64,000 bases of DNA. Origin: an uncultured Pirellulales bacterium (GTDB lineage Bacteria; Planctomycetota; Phycisphaerae; Sedimentisphaerales; Anaerobacaceae). How positions within the stretch are numbered: the first letter of the stretch is position 1; every line of letters starts with the position of its first letter. The stretch covers positions 7,903 through 71,902 of the forward strand of contig CAZRBG010000013.1 of assembly GCA_964598225.1 (NCBI GenBank). The letters run 5' to 3'. Made by a program: the position numbers and the translations under genes. Positions 18,828 to 27,805 of the stretch are shown piece after piece. Below the pieces are notes generated by a model. It was not told where the DNA came from, made no database searches, and was given only the letters and a program-made list of their open reading frames with translations.

Positions 18828-20793
18828 TTACTTTCTTTCTCGTATAGTTCAGCAAACCCGCCGACAGCAGAATCTCTCTGTCCCTTTCGGACAATTCCAG
18901 CCTGCCTGTAAATTCGAGCGATCCATCCGCCTTTGTAACCTTGACTTCATCGGCCGACTTTACTGCCTCGGACAGGTTATTGATCTGAAGTCTGTCGCCG
19001 GGGTTCAGCTTGTCATAGTCCGAAGGATCGGCAAACTCGACCGGCACGATACAGAAGTTTATCAGATTGGCCTTGTGAATGCGCTCGATGCTCTTGGCGA
19101 CCACTGCGCGCACACCCAGATACATCGGGCAAAGTGCCGCATGCTCTCTCGACGAACCCTGTCCGTAGCTTTCGCCGGCTACGACTATACCGCCGACACC
19201 GTTTTGCTTTAGCTCGAGCGCGCGTTCGGCGAACGTCGGCTTGCCTTCTTCGTTGAAGCAATTGAATACCACCTTCGCGTACTCCGGTACGTTCGAGCGA
19301 AGCTTCAGATAGGTCCCCGCCGGCATGATATGGTCTGTGGTAATCTTGTCGCCACACTTGAGCAGGACTTTGCCGGTCAGCTTCTGCGGCAGCGGATTCG
19401 GCGATTCGGGAACGACAATCGTCGGCCCTCGCAGAACCTCGACTTGCTCGGCCTGTTCTTGGCTCAGAGGTTTTTCTATCATGTTATCGTTGATATGGAA
19501 TTCGTCCGGCATACCTATTTTCGGGTACTCCAAGCCAAACGATTCTGGGAGGTCTCGCGGATCGGTGATTTGGCCGGTCAGTGCAGAAGCCACAGCAGTC
19601 TCGGGGCTGACGAGATAAGCCAGATCATTTTTAGAGCCGGTGCGCCCTGCGAAGTTCCTGTTAAAGGTTCGCAGACTTACAACGCCGTCGCCGGGCGAAA
19701 ATCCCTGCCCGATACAAGGGCCGCATCCCGACTCCAGGATCCTGGCGCCGGCCGAGATCATATCGGCCAGAGCGCCGTTTTCGGCCAGCATGTTCAAGAC
19801 TTCCCTGCTGCCGGGAGAAATCGCCAACTCGACCATATCATGGATACGCCGGCCTTTCAAAACCGAGGCGACCGTCATCAGATCGGCAAAGCTCGAATTC
19901 GTGCAACTGCCTATGGCTATCTGGCCCGCCTCAATGCCGGCTATCTCGCGGATCGTTTTGACGTTGTCCGGGGAGGAAGGGCATGCCGCCATCGGCTCAA
20001 GCTCGGCCAGACTTATCTCGATGACGCGATCATACTTTGCATCCGGACCCGCCGCTAAGGGCTGATAGTCCCGCCGCCGCTTCTGAGCCGCCAGAAACTG
20101 TTTTGTCTGCTCGTCGCTGGCGAAAATACTCGTTGTAACGCCTAATTCGGCCCCCATGTTCGTTATCGTCGCTCGTTGCGGCACGCTAAGCTGTTTTGCG
20201 CCGTCCCCGAAGTATTCGACCACCCAGCCGACGTTGCCTTTTGTCGTCAGAATGCTCAGCAGCTTAAGGATGACATCTTTGGCGGCTACCCATTCGTTCA
20301 GTTCTCCGGTCAGTTTTACTCCGAGGACTTCCGGGCACGTCAGATAAAACGGCCCGCCCGCCATCGCGACCGCCACGTCCATTCCGCCGGCGCCAATGGC
20401 CAGAAGACCGATTCCTCCGCCGGTCGGAGTATGGGAATCACTCCCGAGAAGCGTTGCGCCGGGTTTGCCGAACCGCTCGAGATGGACCTGGTGGCAGATG
20501 CCGTTGCCGGCGCGGGAATGATATACCCCTGACTTCGTCGCCACGGTTTGGAGGTACAAATGGTCGTTATGGTTCTCGGAACCGAATCCCGCCATATTGT
20601 GATCGATGTAACTGACTGACAGGTCCGTTTTTACCGGTCCGCCTCCCATAGACTCATAGAGCAGAAACGCGGTCGTCCCCGTTGCGTCCTGCGTCAGCGT
20701 CTGATCGATGCGAATGCCGATCTGCTCGCCGGCGATAACTTCGCCTTCGACGACGTGAGCGTCGAGTATCTTATACGTAAGTGTCTGTCCCAA
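18820..20793 (-). CDS. aconitase-family protein (putative aconitate hydratase, fused large+swivel domains)
   Basis: Fe-S cluster ligand contexts GSDSHT and GSCTNS, and a C-terminal swivel GESYGQGSSREHAA. Start set at TTG 20793, which lies 7 nt after AAGGAG. Confidence 0.85.
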   Translation of the reverse strand: MGQTLTYKILDAHVVEGEVIAGEQIGIRIDQTLTQDATGTTAFLLYESMGGGPVKTDLSVSYIDHNMAGFGSENHNDHLYLQTVATKSGVYHSRAGNGICHQVHLERFGKPGATLLGSDSHTPTGGGIGLLAIGAGGMDVAVAMAGGPFYLTCPEVLGVKLTGELNEWVAAKDVILKLLSILTTKGNVGWVVEYFGDGAKQLSVPQRATITNMGAELGVTTSIFASDEQTKQFLAAQKRRRDYQPLAAGPDAKYDRVIEISLAELEPMAACPSSPDNVKTIREIAGIEAGQIAIGSCTNSSFADLMTVASVLKGRRIHDMVELAISPGSREVLNMLAENGALADMISAGARILESGCGPCIGQGFSPGDGVVSLRTFNRNFAGRTGSKNDLAYLVSPETAVASALTGQITDPRDLPESFGLEYPKIGMPDEFHINDNMIEKPLSQEQAEQVEVLRGPTIVVPESPNPLPQKLTGKVLLKCGDKITTDHIMPAGTYLKLRSNVPEYAKVVFNCFNEEGKPTFAERALELKQNGVGGIVVAGESYGQGSSREHAALCPMYLGVRAVVAKSIERIHKANLINFCIVPVEFADPSDYDKLNPGDRLQINNLSEAVKSADEVKVTKADGSLEFTGRLELSERDREILLSAGLLNYTRKKVNG

Positions 20794-20902
20794 TTCTGTA
20801 CTCCTTGAAAAACGAAATCGGCAGTTTAGCACAAAAACCGACCAAAGACAAATCCTGCTTGTGCCACTGATATCAAATCGGCGGGAATCGAAAGGAGAGA
20901 TC

Positions 20903-20944
20903 GCCCCTTCACGGCATTATCCGTAAGGATAGCCGCGAAGGGGC
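20903..20944. other. extended hairpin capped by a GTAA tetraloop
   Basis: GCCCCTTCACGGCATTATCC-GTAA-GGATAGCCGCGAAGGGGC, in the intergenic region upstream of the aconitase gene. Confidence 0.5.
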
Positions 20945-21157
20945 TGTTCTGTTCGTCACATCTGGCCGCGTGACTACGGGAAAGACGACATTGCGATTCG
21001 GATTTTGAAAGCTTCTGTTCTAAAACTCAATAAGACATTGACATTCTGGAGATAGAAATCGGCTGAATTTGTGTCCCTCTTCACAAAACATGCCTTTTTG
21101 CTTTAAAAATACGTATTTACCACAAGTGTTTTCTTCAAATAGGTTCAAGAATAGACG

Positions 21158-21189
21158 GGCGGCCTCGCATTCGATCACACGAGGCCGCC
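21158..21189 (-). terminator. terminator hairpin downstream of pseudopilin gene 21343..22242
   Basis: GGCGGCCTCG (21158-21167) pairs perfectly with CGAGGCCGCC (21180-21189). On the minus strand it is followed by a moderately T-rich tail. Confidence 0.45.
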
Positions 21190-21342
21190 TTGAAGGAACT
21201 GTCTTTCAGCGATCGGTTTGTACAAAAACGGAGTTATCGAAACTCAATACTACCAGTCACGTACGATCGCTCCGTCTTTACCTGCTAAATACTTTTCTCC
21301 ATTCCTTGCCTTCACATCATATACCTTACCAGCACAAGAGAA

Positions 21343-22242
21343 TTACCGAAAACGACCTCGTCCTTGATCACGACCGGTTGGTCCCTGAGGTGTTCCCTCG
21401 CCGTCGTGTACGAGCAGCGAGTCGGTCCTGCTTGCAGGGGAGCTTGAGATTTGGGGCAGACCGCCGCGACGGATGTCCCCGCCGTCCCAGTAGGTGTAAA
21501 CATTGTCGTCGTTGATGCCGACGTACGGCTTTCTCTCAAAGCTTACGTGGCTGTCGAGGAACAAAATGTTCTGACCATCATCCTGGTGCTGATGAGCGTT
21601 ACCTGCTCTCAAAGCTTCTTTGCCTTGCTCAACCTGGAAGGCGGCGAAATTCTTGGGATCGGCCATAGGCTGCTGCATGAATGGATTCCTGTCGCCGGCT
21701 ACGGCCATGCCCGGCTCGCTCGAAGTCGTCAGAGCATACAATCCGAAAGGCATGTGATAGGAATAACTGCAATGCTCCGGCGGATTAGGACCGAAATCCC
21801 ATAGCTCGACCAAATCCCTGTTACCCGCATTGTAGTCGGCGGGCTTAAACTCGGTGGTTCCGGAATCGCCCTTACACAGGAACGACTTTGGTGTTACCTC
21901 CGAGTACTTCACCAGCAAGTAGAAGCAGGAAGAGATGCTGCCGTAACCACCTTCGCCGGTAGATCGGTTAACACCGTAAGCTGTGAACCTGTCGGGCGCC
22001 TGCCAATTGGGTATCCGCTGAGCCCAGGTGCTGTACCTGCCGCCCGAACGCGGCAGCTCGTCGTCGTAGTCGTTGCTGTAGATGAGCATGGCCTTGCCTA
22101 TCCCCGACAGGTTCGTGCCGCAGACCATGCGAAAGGCGATCTGCCGAACCCTGGACAGGGCGGGCATCAGAATACCCATCAACAGAGCTATGATCGCGAT
22201 CACGACCAACAGCTCGACTAATGTAAAACCTTTGCGTCTCAT
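21343..22242 (-). CDS. prepilin-type N-terminal cleavage/methylation domain protein (H-X9-DG / DUF1559-like pseudopilin)
   Basis: N-terminus [30 protein letters not shown]-terminal NILFLDSHVSF resembles the H-X9-DG prepilin-associated motif. Confidence 0.85.
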   Translation of the reverse strand: MRRKGFTLVELLVVIAIIALLMGILMPALSRVRQIAFRMVCGTNLSGIGKAMLIYSNDYDDELPRSGGRYSTWAQRIPNWQAPDRFTAYGVNRSTGEGGYGSISSCFYLLVKYSEVTPKSFLCKGDSGTTEFKPADYNAGNRDLVELWDFGPNPPEHCSYSYHMPFGLYALTTSSEPGMAVAGDRNPFMQQPMADPKNFAAFQVEQGKEALRAGNAHQHQDDGQNILFLDSHVSFERKPYVGINDDNVYTYWDGGDIRRGGLPQISSSPASRTDSLLVHDGEGTPQGPTGRDQGRGRFR

Positions 22243-22884
22243 TTTCTTTCTCCTTTACGTTTCAAGGAGATTCGCACAGCCGGCCGCTGTCGAGCACGTT
22301 TTTAATGACTTTTAATAATAACCACAATTAACATTCCTGCCGATCGCATCACGACAAGTCCCTGTTACAACGAACTCGCAATACTCAACGCTGCTTCTTC
22401 GCGAATCTCCACTGTTCTTACTTCATTCGCTCGAAGACGGCCGGTTCAAAACAAAGCTGAAAAGATCGGCTCAAGCCGAGGGACTCCGCGCGCTGCAGTC
22501 AGAAACCTCACGACGGGCTTTGCGAAAAGCAGGTCAAAGGTATGTATCCACGACTTAATATGATGACACTGCAATTATGATTAGCGTTTCAGACCTGCCC
22601 ACGCTGTCGGTTTTCTGTCGCACCGGCGGGAATTGACCGCGCACAACATCTCTCGACTGAACCATAGGCCAAACTGAAAAAGAACGCTGCATCAGGCAGG
22701 TGCGTTCAGGATATGATATGAGTGCGAAATATGATAACGACAAAAAATATGAACTTTCGCAAGCCTGCCTATTAATAATACGTTTTATATCACAAATGTG
22801 TTCCCAATTCATTAAAATTTTCGGCATATTAACATGTTTTTCTTGAGGCTTTATACCTGTAGGATGGCCGCCCCGCTGTTTGTT

Positions 22885-23028
22885 GTCATTCCTGCGCAGG
22901 ATTTTCACCCCTGCGAAAGCAGGGGCGGGAATCCAGAACATCGTGAACAAATGGATTTCTGCCCGTTCGACTTCGCTCAGAGCTTGCCCTGAGCTTTTCG
23001 AACGGGGCAGGCTCTTCGCAGGAATGAC
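22885..23028. repeat. REP-like nested palindromic element
   Basis: Outer inverted repeat GTCATTCCTGCG / CGCAGGAATGAC. Inner hairpins are CCCCTGC-GAAA-GCAGGGG (22908-22925) and CTGCCCGTTCGA..TCGAACGGGGCAG. A 19-nt core is shared with 58883-58901. Confidence 0.6.
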
Positions 23029-23156
23029 AGCTTGCGCTGAAACCACAAAATCTCGCCTGTATTAACACTTTTCAGTTCCAAACCCTCAAATTTGTCCTTG
23101 ACATAACCCCTATTTCCAGCATGAAAACGCCGCTTTTGTCAATTATGTTCATAATC

Positions 23157-23342
23157 TGGTTCATCCGGTTAATGCGTAGGTAAGATGGCGATCCCAAAGA
23201 CCGAGAAAAATCGTTCGGGGCCCCAGATGTCCAAATTACCCCCCTGGCTGCCCTAATTTGGCCATCTGCCCAAACGATTTTTCTCTCGATCTAATCCCAG
23301 GGTCCCGATCTATGCAGCGACCTACTCATTAACCGGATGAAG
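23157..23342. mobile_element. MITE copy A (186 bp, near-palindromic, imperfect ~22-bp terminal inverted repeats)
   Basis: Differs at only three positions from 61609-61795. Ends are GGTTCATCCGGTTAATGCGTAGGT ... ACCTACTCATTAACCGGATGAAGC. Internal arms are GAGAAAAATCGTTCGGGG / CCCAAACGATTTTTCTC. Confidence 0.8.
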
Positions 23343-23401
23343 CAGTTTTTGTACATCAATGCTGCCTAATGTCATCTCTTCTGGGCAAAGGATTAGTAAA
23401 A

Positions 23402-23435
23402 GGGGCTTGTACCGGAAACATCCGGCACAAGCCCC
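23402..23435 (-). terminator. Rho-independent terminator of the LamG gene
   Basis: GGGGCTTGTaCCGG-loop-CCGGcACAAGCCCC, followed on the minus strand by TTTTACT. It lies 40 nt past the stop at 23475. Confidence 0.7.
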
Positions 23436-23474
23436 GAATTTCAAACATCGTACCTGTTTAGCTCAAGACCGGAA

Positions 23475-26270
23475 CTATTGGATTAGCCTTACATCGTCGA
23501 TATCTACCGTTCCCATGCCACCGCTGGCAACCGGGGCATTTCTCGTACCGAAGCCAATCGTTATTGAACCAACGTTGGTCAAATCGGTCCCCTGATTGGC
23601 AAATTCCTGCAGGTCTATCACCCACTCGTTCCAACCGGTGTCCTGAGTTACGGCATCGTCAGGATGGTACACTACGGCGTTACCCAGAGCTACATACATC
23701 CGTTCGGCAGCATTGGCGGAATCACCGCTGAACCATACCACCAGCTTAGTTACACCGTGTTCGGTCCAGTCCTTTTTCGATGTCAACGTCCTGGTTACTT
23801 CCGAGGTCTTGCCGGCATTGTCGTAGCTAACCGGCATCGCCTGGGCGCTGCTGTGACCCGCCGACATTAAAGGAACGTCCAGATTGCCGGCTACCGCTCC
23901 GTTCGTAGTAGTCCCAAAGCCGTCTATCCATGTCAGGTATACCCTGTTGCTCGCGGGATCATCTTCAGCAAGGTTATTGTATGATTCGAAGTCATCCACA
24001 ATCAGGTACTCCGGAACCGTGAACTTCCAGATCGTACCATCAATAACCGTCCCGTCGGACTCGACCTCATCTACTCGCCAGTAGTAGTCACCGCCGCCGA
24101 ATTCAACCAGATCGGCCAGAGACACACTCGTATCTGTCTGATTGCCCTGGAATTCAGGTGCGGTGTTATCAGCGAGCGCAACGGCGTCTCTGTCGGTTCC
24201 GAAGTACACATCATGAGACGCGGCCGTATCGCCCGCCGACCAACTCAACGATGAAATGTCCCGTATATCTACAATTGTATGCCTGCCCGGATCGGGATTT
24301 GCAGCCAACTCCGTGTCGCCCAGCATCACCTGCTGAATCTCCTCGGCTGTCAGCATCTTGTCGTAGATTCGAGCATCATCGATCTCATCGGTGAAAGGCG
24401 CGTTATGCCAGGGAGATTCGCCGATGCGAACCGGACCTGCCCCGGTATCTATCGGTTCGTCGAGTGAAGCAGATGTGCTATCAAGCCGTCCATCGACGTA
24501 CAGCAATGTGTCCAGAGCATCCGGGGAACCGTCATCTTCGAACGTCACAGCCACATGATGCCAGCGTCCATCGGCAATGTTTGTTACACCATAGTGATAA
24601 CCACCGTTGACCTCAACTCTCAGCCCGCCTGTGCCGTCGATGCGCATTCTCCACTTTTGGCCGGCCACGTTCTGACCCCAGGACATGATGTTTCGATTCG
24701 CTGTAGTCGTTCTGATCCAGGCGCAGCACGTCCGCGGTGCAGAACCGGTTATACCATTAAATCCGGCAGCTTCAACGTATACGTCTTCTCCGAAGGTCAG
24801 CGCCGTTCCTTGATATCCGTCTGTCCACTTAGCTTTGCCTATGATGGAGCCGTGATTGCCATGGCCGGACCAATCTACGGCGGTCGTGCCCTGGCCTTCA
24901 TCAAGCGTCCACCAGAGCATCAGATTCGGATTGGTGATGTCTATTTCGGGCACCGTAGTGAAACTCCAGACGTCACCTTTGTGTGTGACGCCATTGGCAA
25001 ACTCGTCGACCCGCCAGTAGTAAGTCTTGCCGGCTTCGAGTGCGCTGGCCGTATAGGTTGTATCCGACAGCAACGGCGCGCCCGAGGCTGTGTTTACGTC
25101 TTCGAAAGTTTCACCGAAGTAGACCTGGTGCAATTGAGCGTTGAAGCCGGCCGTCCAACTTAGCGTTGGATCCTGCAACACGTTTATCTCGCCGTCAGCC
25201 GGAACACTGTCGTAAGCAGTCCGTGGTGGAACCCAGAAGCTCCAGACATCTCCTTTCCAGGGACTGGCCGGATCGGCATCGTTTACCTCATCCACTCTCC
25301 AATAGTAAGTCGTACCCGGCTGCAAACCGTCGGGAGCCGGAAAGCCCGGGAATCCTATCACCTGGCTTGCTGTGGCTACGTTGCCAACATGGGTGCCTTC
25401 GGCACCGCTGTTCACATCCTCGAATCTCGTTCCAAAGTACAAATCGTGCGAATCAGCGAAACTTCCGGGTTTCCACGCGAGGCTCACCCATGTAGCTTCA
25501 AGCTTTGATCCATCTTCCGGCGTCGGACTCAATGCCAGCGGGAATTCCGCTCCTATACCTGCTATAATGTCTACGAGGTCTTCTTGTGTCAGCGCCTGGT
25601 CGTAAAGACGGAAGTCGTCGATTCTGCCAATATAATTCTCATCGCGGCCGCCTGTGCCCCTGCACCCAATCACGAACACATTGACACCGGACATCGGACG
25701 ATTATAGTCGGTCCCCTCGAGGAAAAGTTCCCCGTTGATATAAATTTTCTGCTCACCGGTATCGGCATCCTTAGTGAACGCCCAGTGAACCCAGGCCCCT
25801 TTATGATACTCTGCCGGCAGCGCCGTGGATAGCCGGTCATAATCGCTGCCGTCATACCCTGTGTCCCAATACACATTACCGTTACTCCACGGAATGTGTG
25901 CGGACGCCTGCCTTGCCTGGTTATCGTCGGCGCTGTAGGCAGCAAAGACAAAGTGATTTACAGGCATTTCATCGCCGCCGTAAGCCCAGAAAGACACGGT
26001 GACCTGGTTCTCAATTGTATCCCAGGCTGCGGGCGGAACCTCAACCCAAGAGGAACCGTCGAGAGACACGGCATAGCCGAAATTTCCGGTGTCCCAATCG
26101 GCGGTAGCTTCGAGCGTGCCGTCGTTGCCCTTGCCTGAAGAATCAACGGCAATAGTTCCTGAGCCATCATCAAATTTCCACCAGCCAACAAGTTCGGCCT
26201 CAACCGGGCTTGTTAGCACCAGGCTCAGCAGAAGAACAAGCGAAGCTAAACAAATCAATTTCTCAGACAT
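23475..26270 (-). CDS. secreted LamG-domain (concanavalin-like lectin) protein with repeated YYWRVDE modules
   Basis: 931 aa with a signal peptide (..LTSPVEA). LamG-type start LVGWWKFDDGSGTIAVDSSGKGNDG and a second LamG-like block. At least three ~90-aa modules end in ..YYWRVDE..W.F. The C-terminal domain is shared with 62773..64000 and 42609..45386. Confidence 0.9.
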   Translation of the reverse strand: MSEKLICLASLVLLLSLVLTSPVEAELVGWWKFDDGSGTIAVDSSGKGNDGTLEATADWDTGNFGYAVSLDGSSWVEVPPAAWDTIENQVTVSFWAYGGDEMPVNHFVFAAYSADDNQARQASAHIPWSNGNVYWDTGYDGSDYDRLSTALPAEYHKGAWVHWAFTKDADTGEQKIYINGELFLEGTDYNRPMSGVNVFVIGCRGTGGRDENYIGRIDDFRLYDQALTQEDLVDIIAGIGAEFPLALSPTPEDGSKLEATWVSLAWKPGSFADSHDLYFGTRFEDVNSGAEGTHVGNVATASQVIGFPGFPAPDGLQPGTTYYWRVDEVNDADPASPWKGDVWSFWVPPRTAYDSVPADGEINVLQDPTLSWTAGFNAQLHQVYFGETFEDVNTASGAPLLSDTTYTASALEAGKTYYWRVDEFANGVTHKGDVWSFTTVPEIDITNPNLMLWWTLDEGQGTTAVDWSGHGNHGSIIGKAKWTDGYQGTALTFGEDVYVEAAGFNGITGSAPRTCCAWIRTTTANRNIMSWGQNVAGQKWRMRIDGTGGLRVEVNGGYHYGVTNIADGRWHHVAVTFEDDGSPDALDTLLYVDGRLDSTSASLDEPIDTGAGPVRIGESPWHNAPFTDEIDDARIYDKMLTAEEIQQVMLGDTELAANPDPGRHTIVDIRDISSLSWSAGDTAASHDVYFGTDRDAVALADNTAPEFQGNQTDTSVSLADLVEFGGGDYYWRVDEVESDGTVIDGTIWKFTVPEYLIVDDFESYNNLAEDDPASNRVYLTWIDGFGTTTNGAVAGNLDVPLMSAGHSSAQAMPVSYDNAGKTSEVTRTLTSKKDWTEHGVTKLVVWFSGDSANAAERMYVALGNAVVYHPDDAVTQDTGWNEWVIDLQEFANQGTDLTNVGSITIGFGTRNAPVASGGMGTVDIDDVRLIQ

Positions 26271-26575
26271 GATAGTCCTCCTTCAAAAGATCTTAGTAGT
26301 TGTCGTACATCTCATTGTAGAGTTAGAACTCGCAGTTCCAAATAAGACGCGCATTATCACTCGATAGGACCTCCTGCCTTCAAACATTCCGGAAAAGTTC
26401 TATCCATGATCGAGATCCTGAACAGACTACATCACATGCATTCGACCGCAAAAATGACTCTAAACAGCTTACCATAACAGCCACGTCGACCTACGCCTAT
26501 GCATTTTACAGAACGTTGATCTATGGTACAGAACTTTCATCTGAATTTCAAGACATTTCTGTCCGGCAACAGGTG

Positions 26576-27370
26576 TTAGGGGAGAAGGGACCTGTAGGCA
26601 TAGCCTTTCAATGCGAACTCAAAATCCTTCATCTCATCGTCCGGCGCCGGTGTCCTGTAGAAGCTGAAGCTTGCGACGTCCCACAAAGCCCGTTCATTCC
26701 ATTCGATAAGGCCGGGTCCAAACCACCTGTGGTTGTCCACACGGCCGTCTGCCCAGCCGAGCGTACTACTGTTCCTTCGATGCCAGGTGGCAAAAGGGTC
26801 TACCCACTCTCTTGACTTCGGGCGCATCACCCATGAGCCTCTGTTGAAACCCCTCGGATCGCACTCTGCCAAAAATACGTACTTGGTTGCGGGATTCTTT
26901 ATGTCTGAATATTTAATACACGGCATAATCTCCCAGCCGCCGCTTTTGGGATCCACTCCCATCATGCCACCGGCTATCGAATATGTTCGAAAGGCGTACT
27001 GATGTTGAGTGCTTTTGTTCCTCTTGTCGGAGGGGCAGCGGTACACGCCGATATCCTTGACGTAGGGCCACAACTGCCCTTTCATAATGTACTCTTTTTT
27101 CTCCTCGATGGGAGCACCTGCACCACCCGGTGGATTGAGCACCCAGGGTGAATTCTTCGTATGAGGTGGATGGCCGCCGACAAGCTTGCCGTCATTCTCG
27201 TCTTTGTACATAATCCAGGCCATTGTCAAACTTCTGACATTGCTGCGGCACATAATGCTGCGAGCCTGCTCTCGGGCGATTCGAAGCGCGGGCATGAGAA
27301 CGGCCATCAAAATAGCGATAATGGCGATTACTACAAGCAGTTCGATTAACGTGAAGCCTTTTCTTGTCAT
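26576..27370 (-). CDS. prepilin-type N-terminal cleavage/methylation domain protein (H-X9-DG / DUF1559-like pseudopilin)
   Basis: Start set at ATG 27370 ([29 protein letters not shown]). C-terminal [16 protein letters not shown]. Confidence 0.85.
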   Translation of the reverse strand: MTRKGFTLIELLVVIAIIAILMAVLMPALRIAREQARSIMCRSNVRSLTMAWIMYKDENDGKLVGGHPPHTKNSPWVLNPPGGAGAPIEEKKEYIMKGQLWPYVKDIGVYRCPSDKRNKSTQHQYAFRTYSIAGGMMGVDPKSGGWEIMPCIKYSDIKNPATKYVFLAECDPRGFNRGSWVMRPKSREWVDPFATWHRRNSSTLGWADGRVDNHRWFGPGLIEWNERALWDVASFSFYRTPAPDDEMKDFEFALKGYAYRSLLP

Positions 27371-27805
27371 TTTCGCACTTCCTTTCAAAGCAAATATCTG
27401 GCCAGGAAATGAGGAACAGGAGTAAGCGATACTCATGATTGCCGTCTTCGGTCTATTTCCAAGAATACCGAAATGAGCGCTTGTAGTCGATCTTGATGTT
27501 TTGCATTTGACTCCATAATCGGCCCTTCTGTATGCTTCGCCAGTTGTTTGTGATTTATTGCCTATCTATCATATCAAAACTATTGTGCGATTGCAATGTT
27601 TCTCGGCAGTGTTTAACCTGAAGTTTCCCACTATGAGTTGTTTTATGCTTAACAGGTGTCTTTGGGAACAATATAATAGTCTCGATGATCGAAATACTAA
27701 TTACCTATCGATTCGTGGCTATGGCTATAACGATCAATGGCTCTTTTGAATTTGCCCATTTTTCCGGCCCATCACACCTGATTACTCTCCGTTGCCTTAT
27801 ACTGA

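Noticed and set aside
22555-23046. 163-aa minus-strand ORF in the 1.2-kb intergenic region.
   Set aside because: Its N-terminal part (..VIPAKSLP.., ..FWIPAPAFAG..) is the translation of the REP-like palindrome. The rest has no coding character and no RBS.
23475-24400. Diversity-generating retroelement idea: an RT fragment in the window plus two similar 3' gene ends that could be template and variable repeats.
   Set aside because: The RT fragment is of the group II intron type and is degenerate. The two repeats are ~900 nt long and coding in both copies, and their mismatches involve all four bases rather than adenine-specific substitutions.
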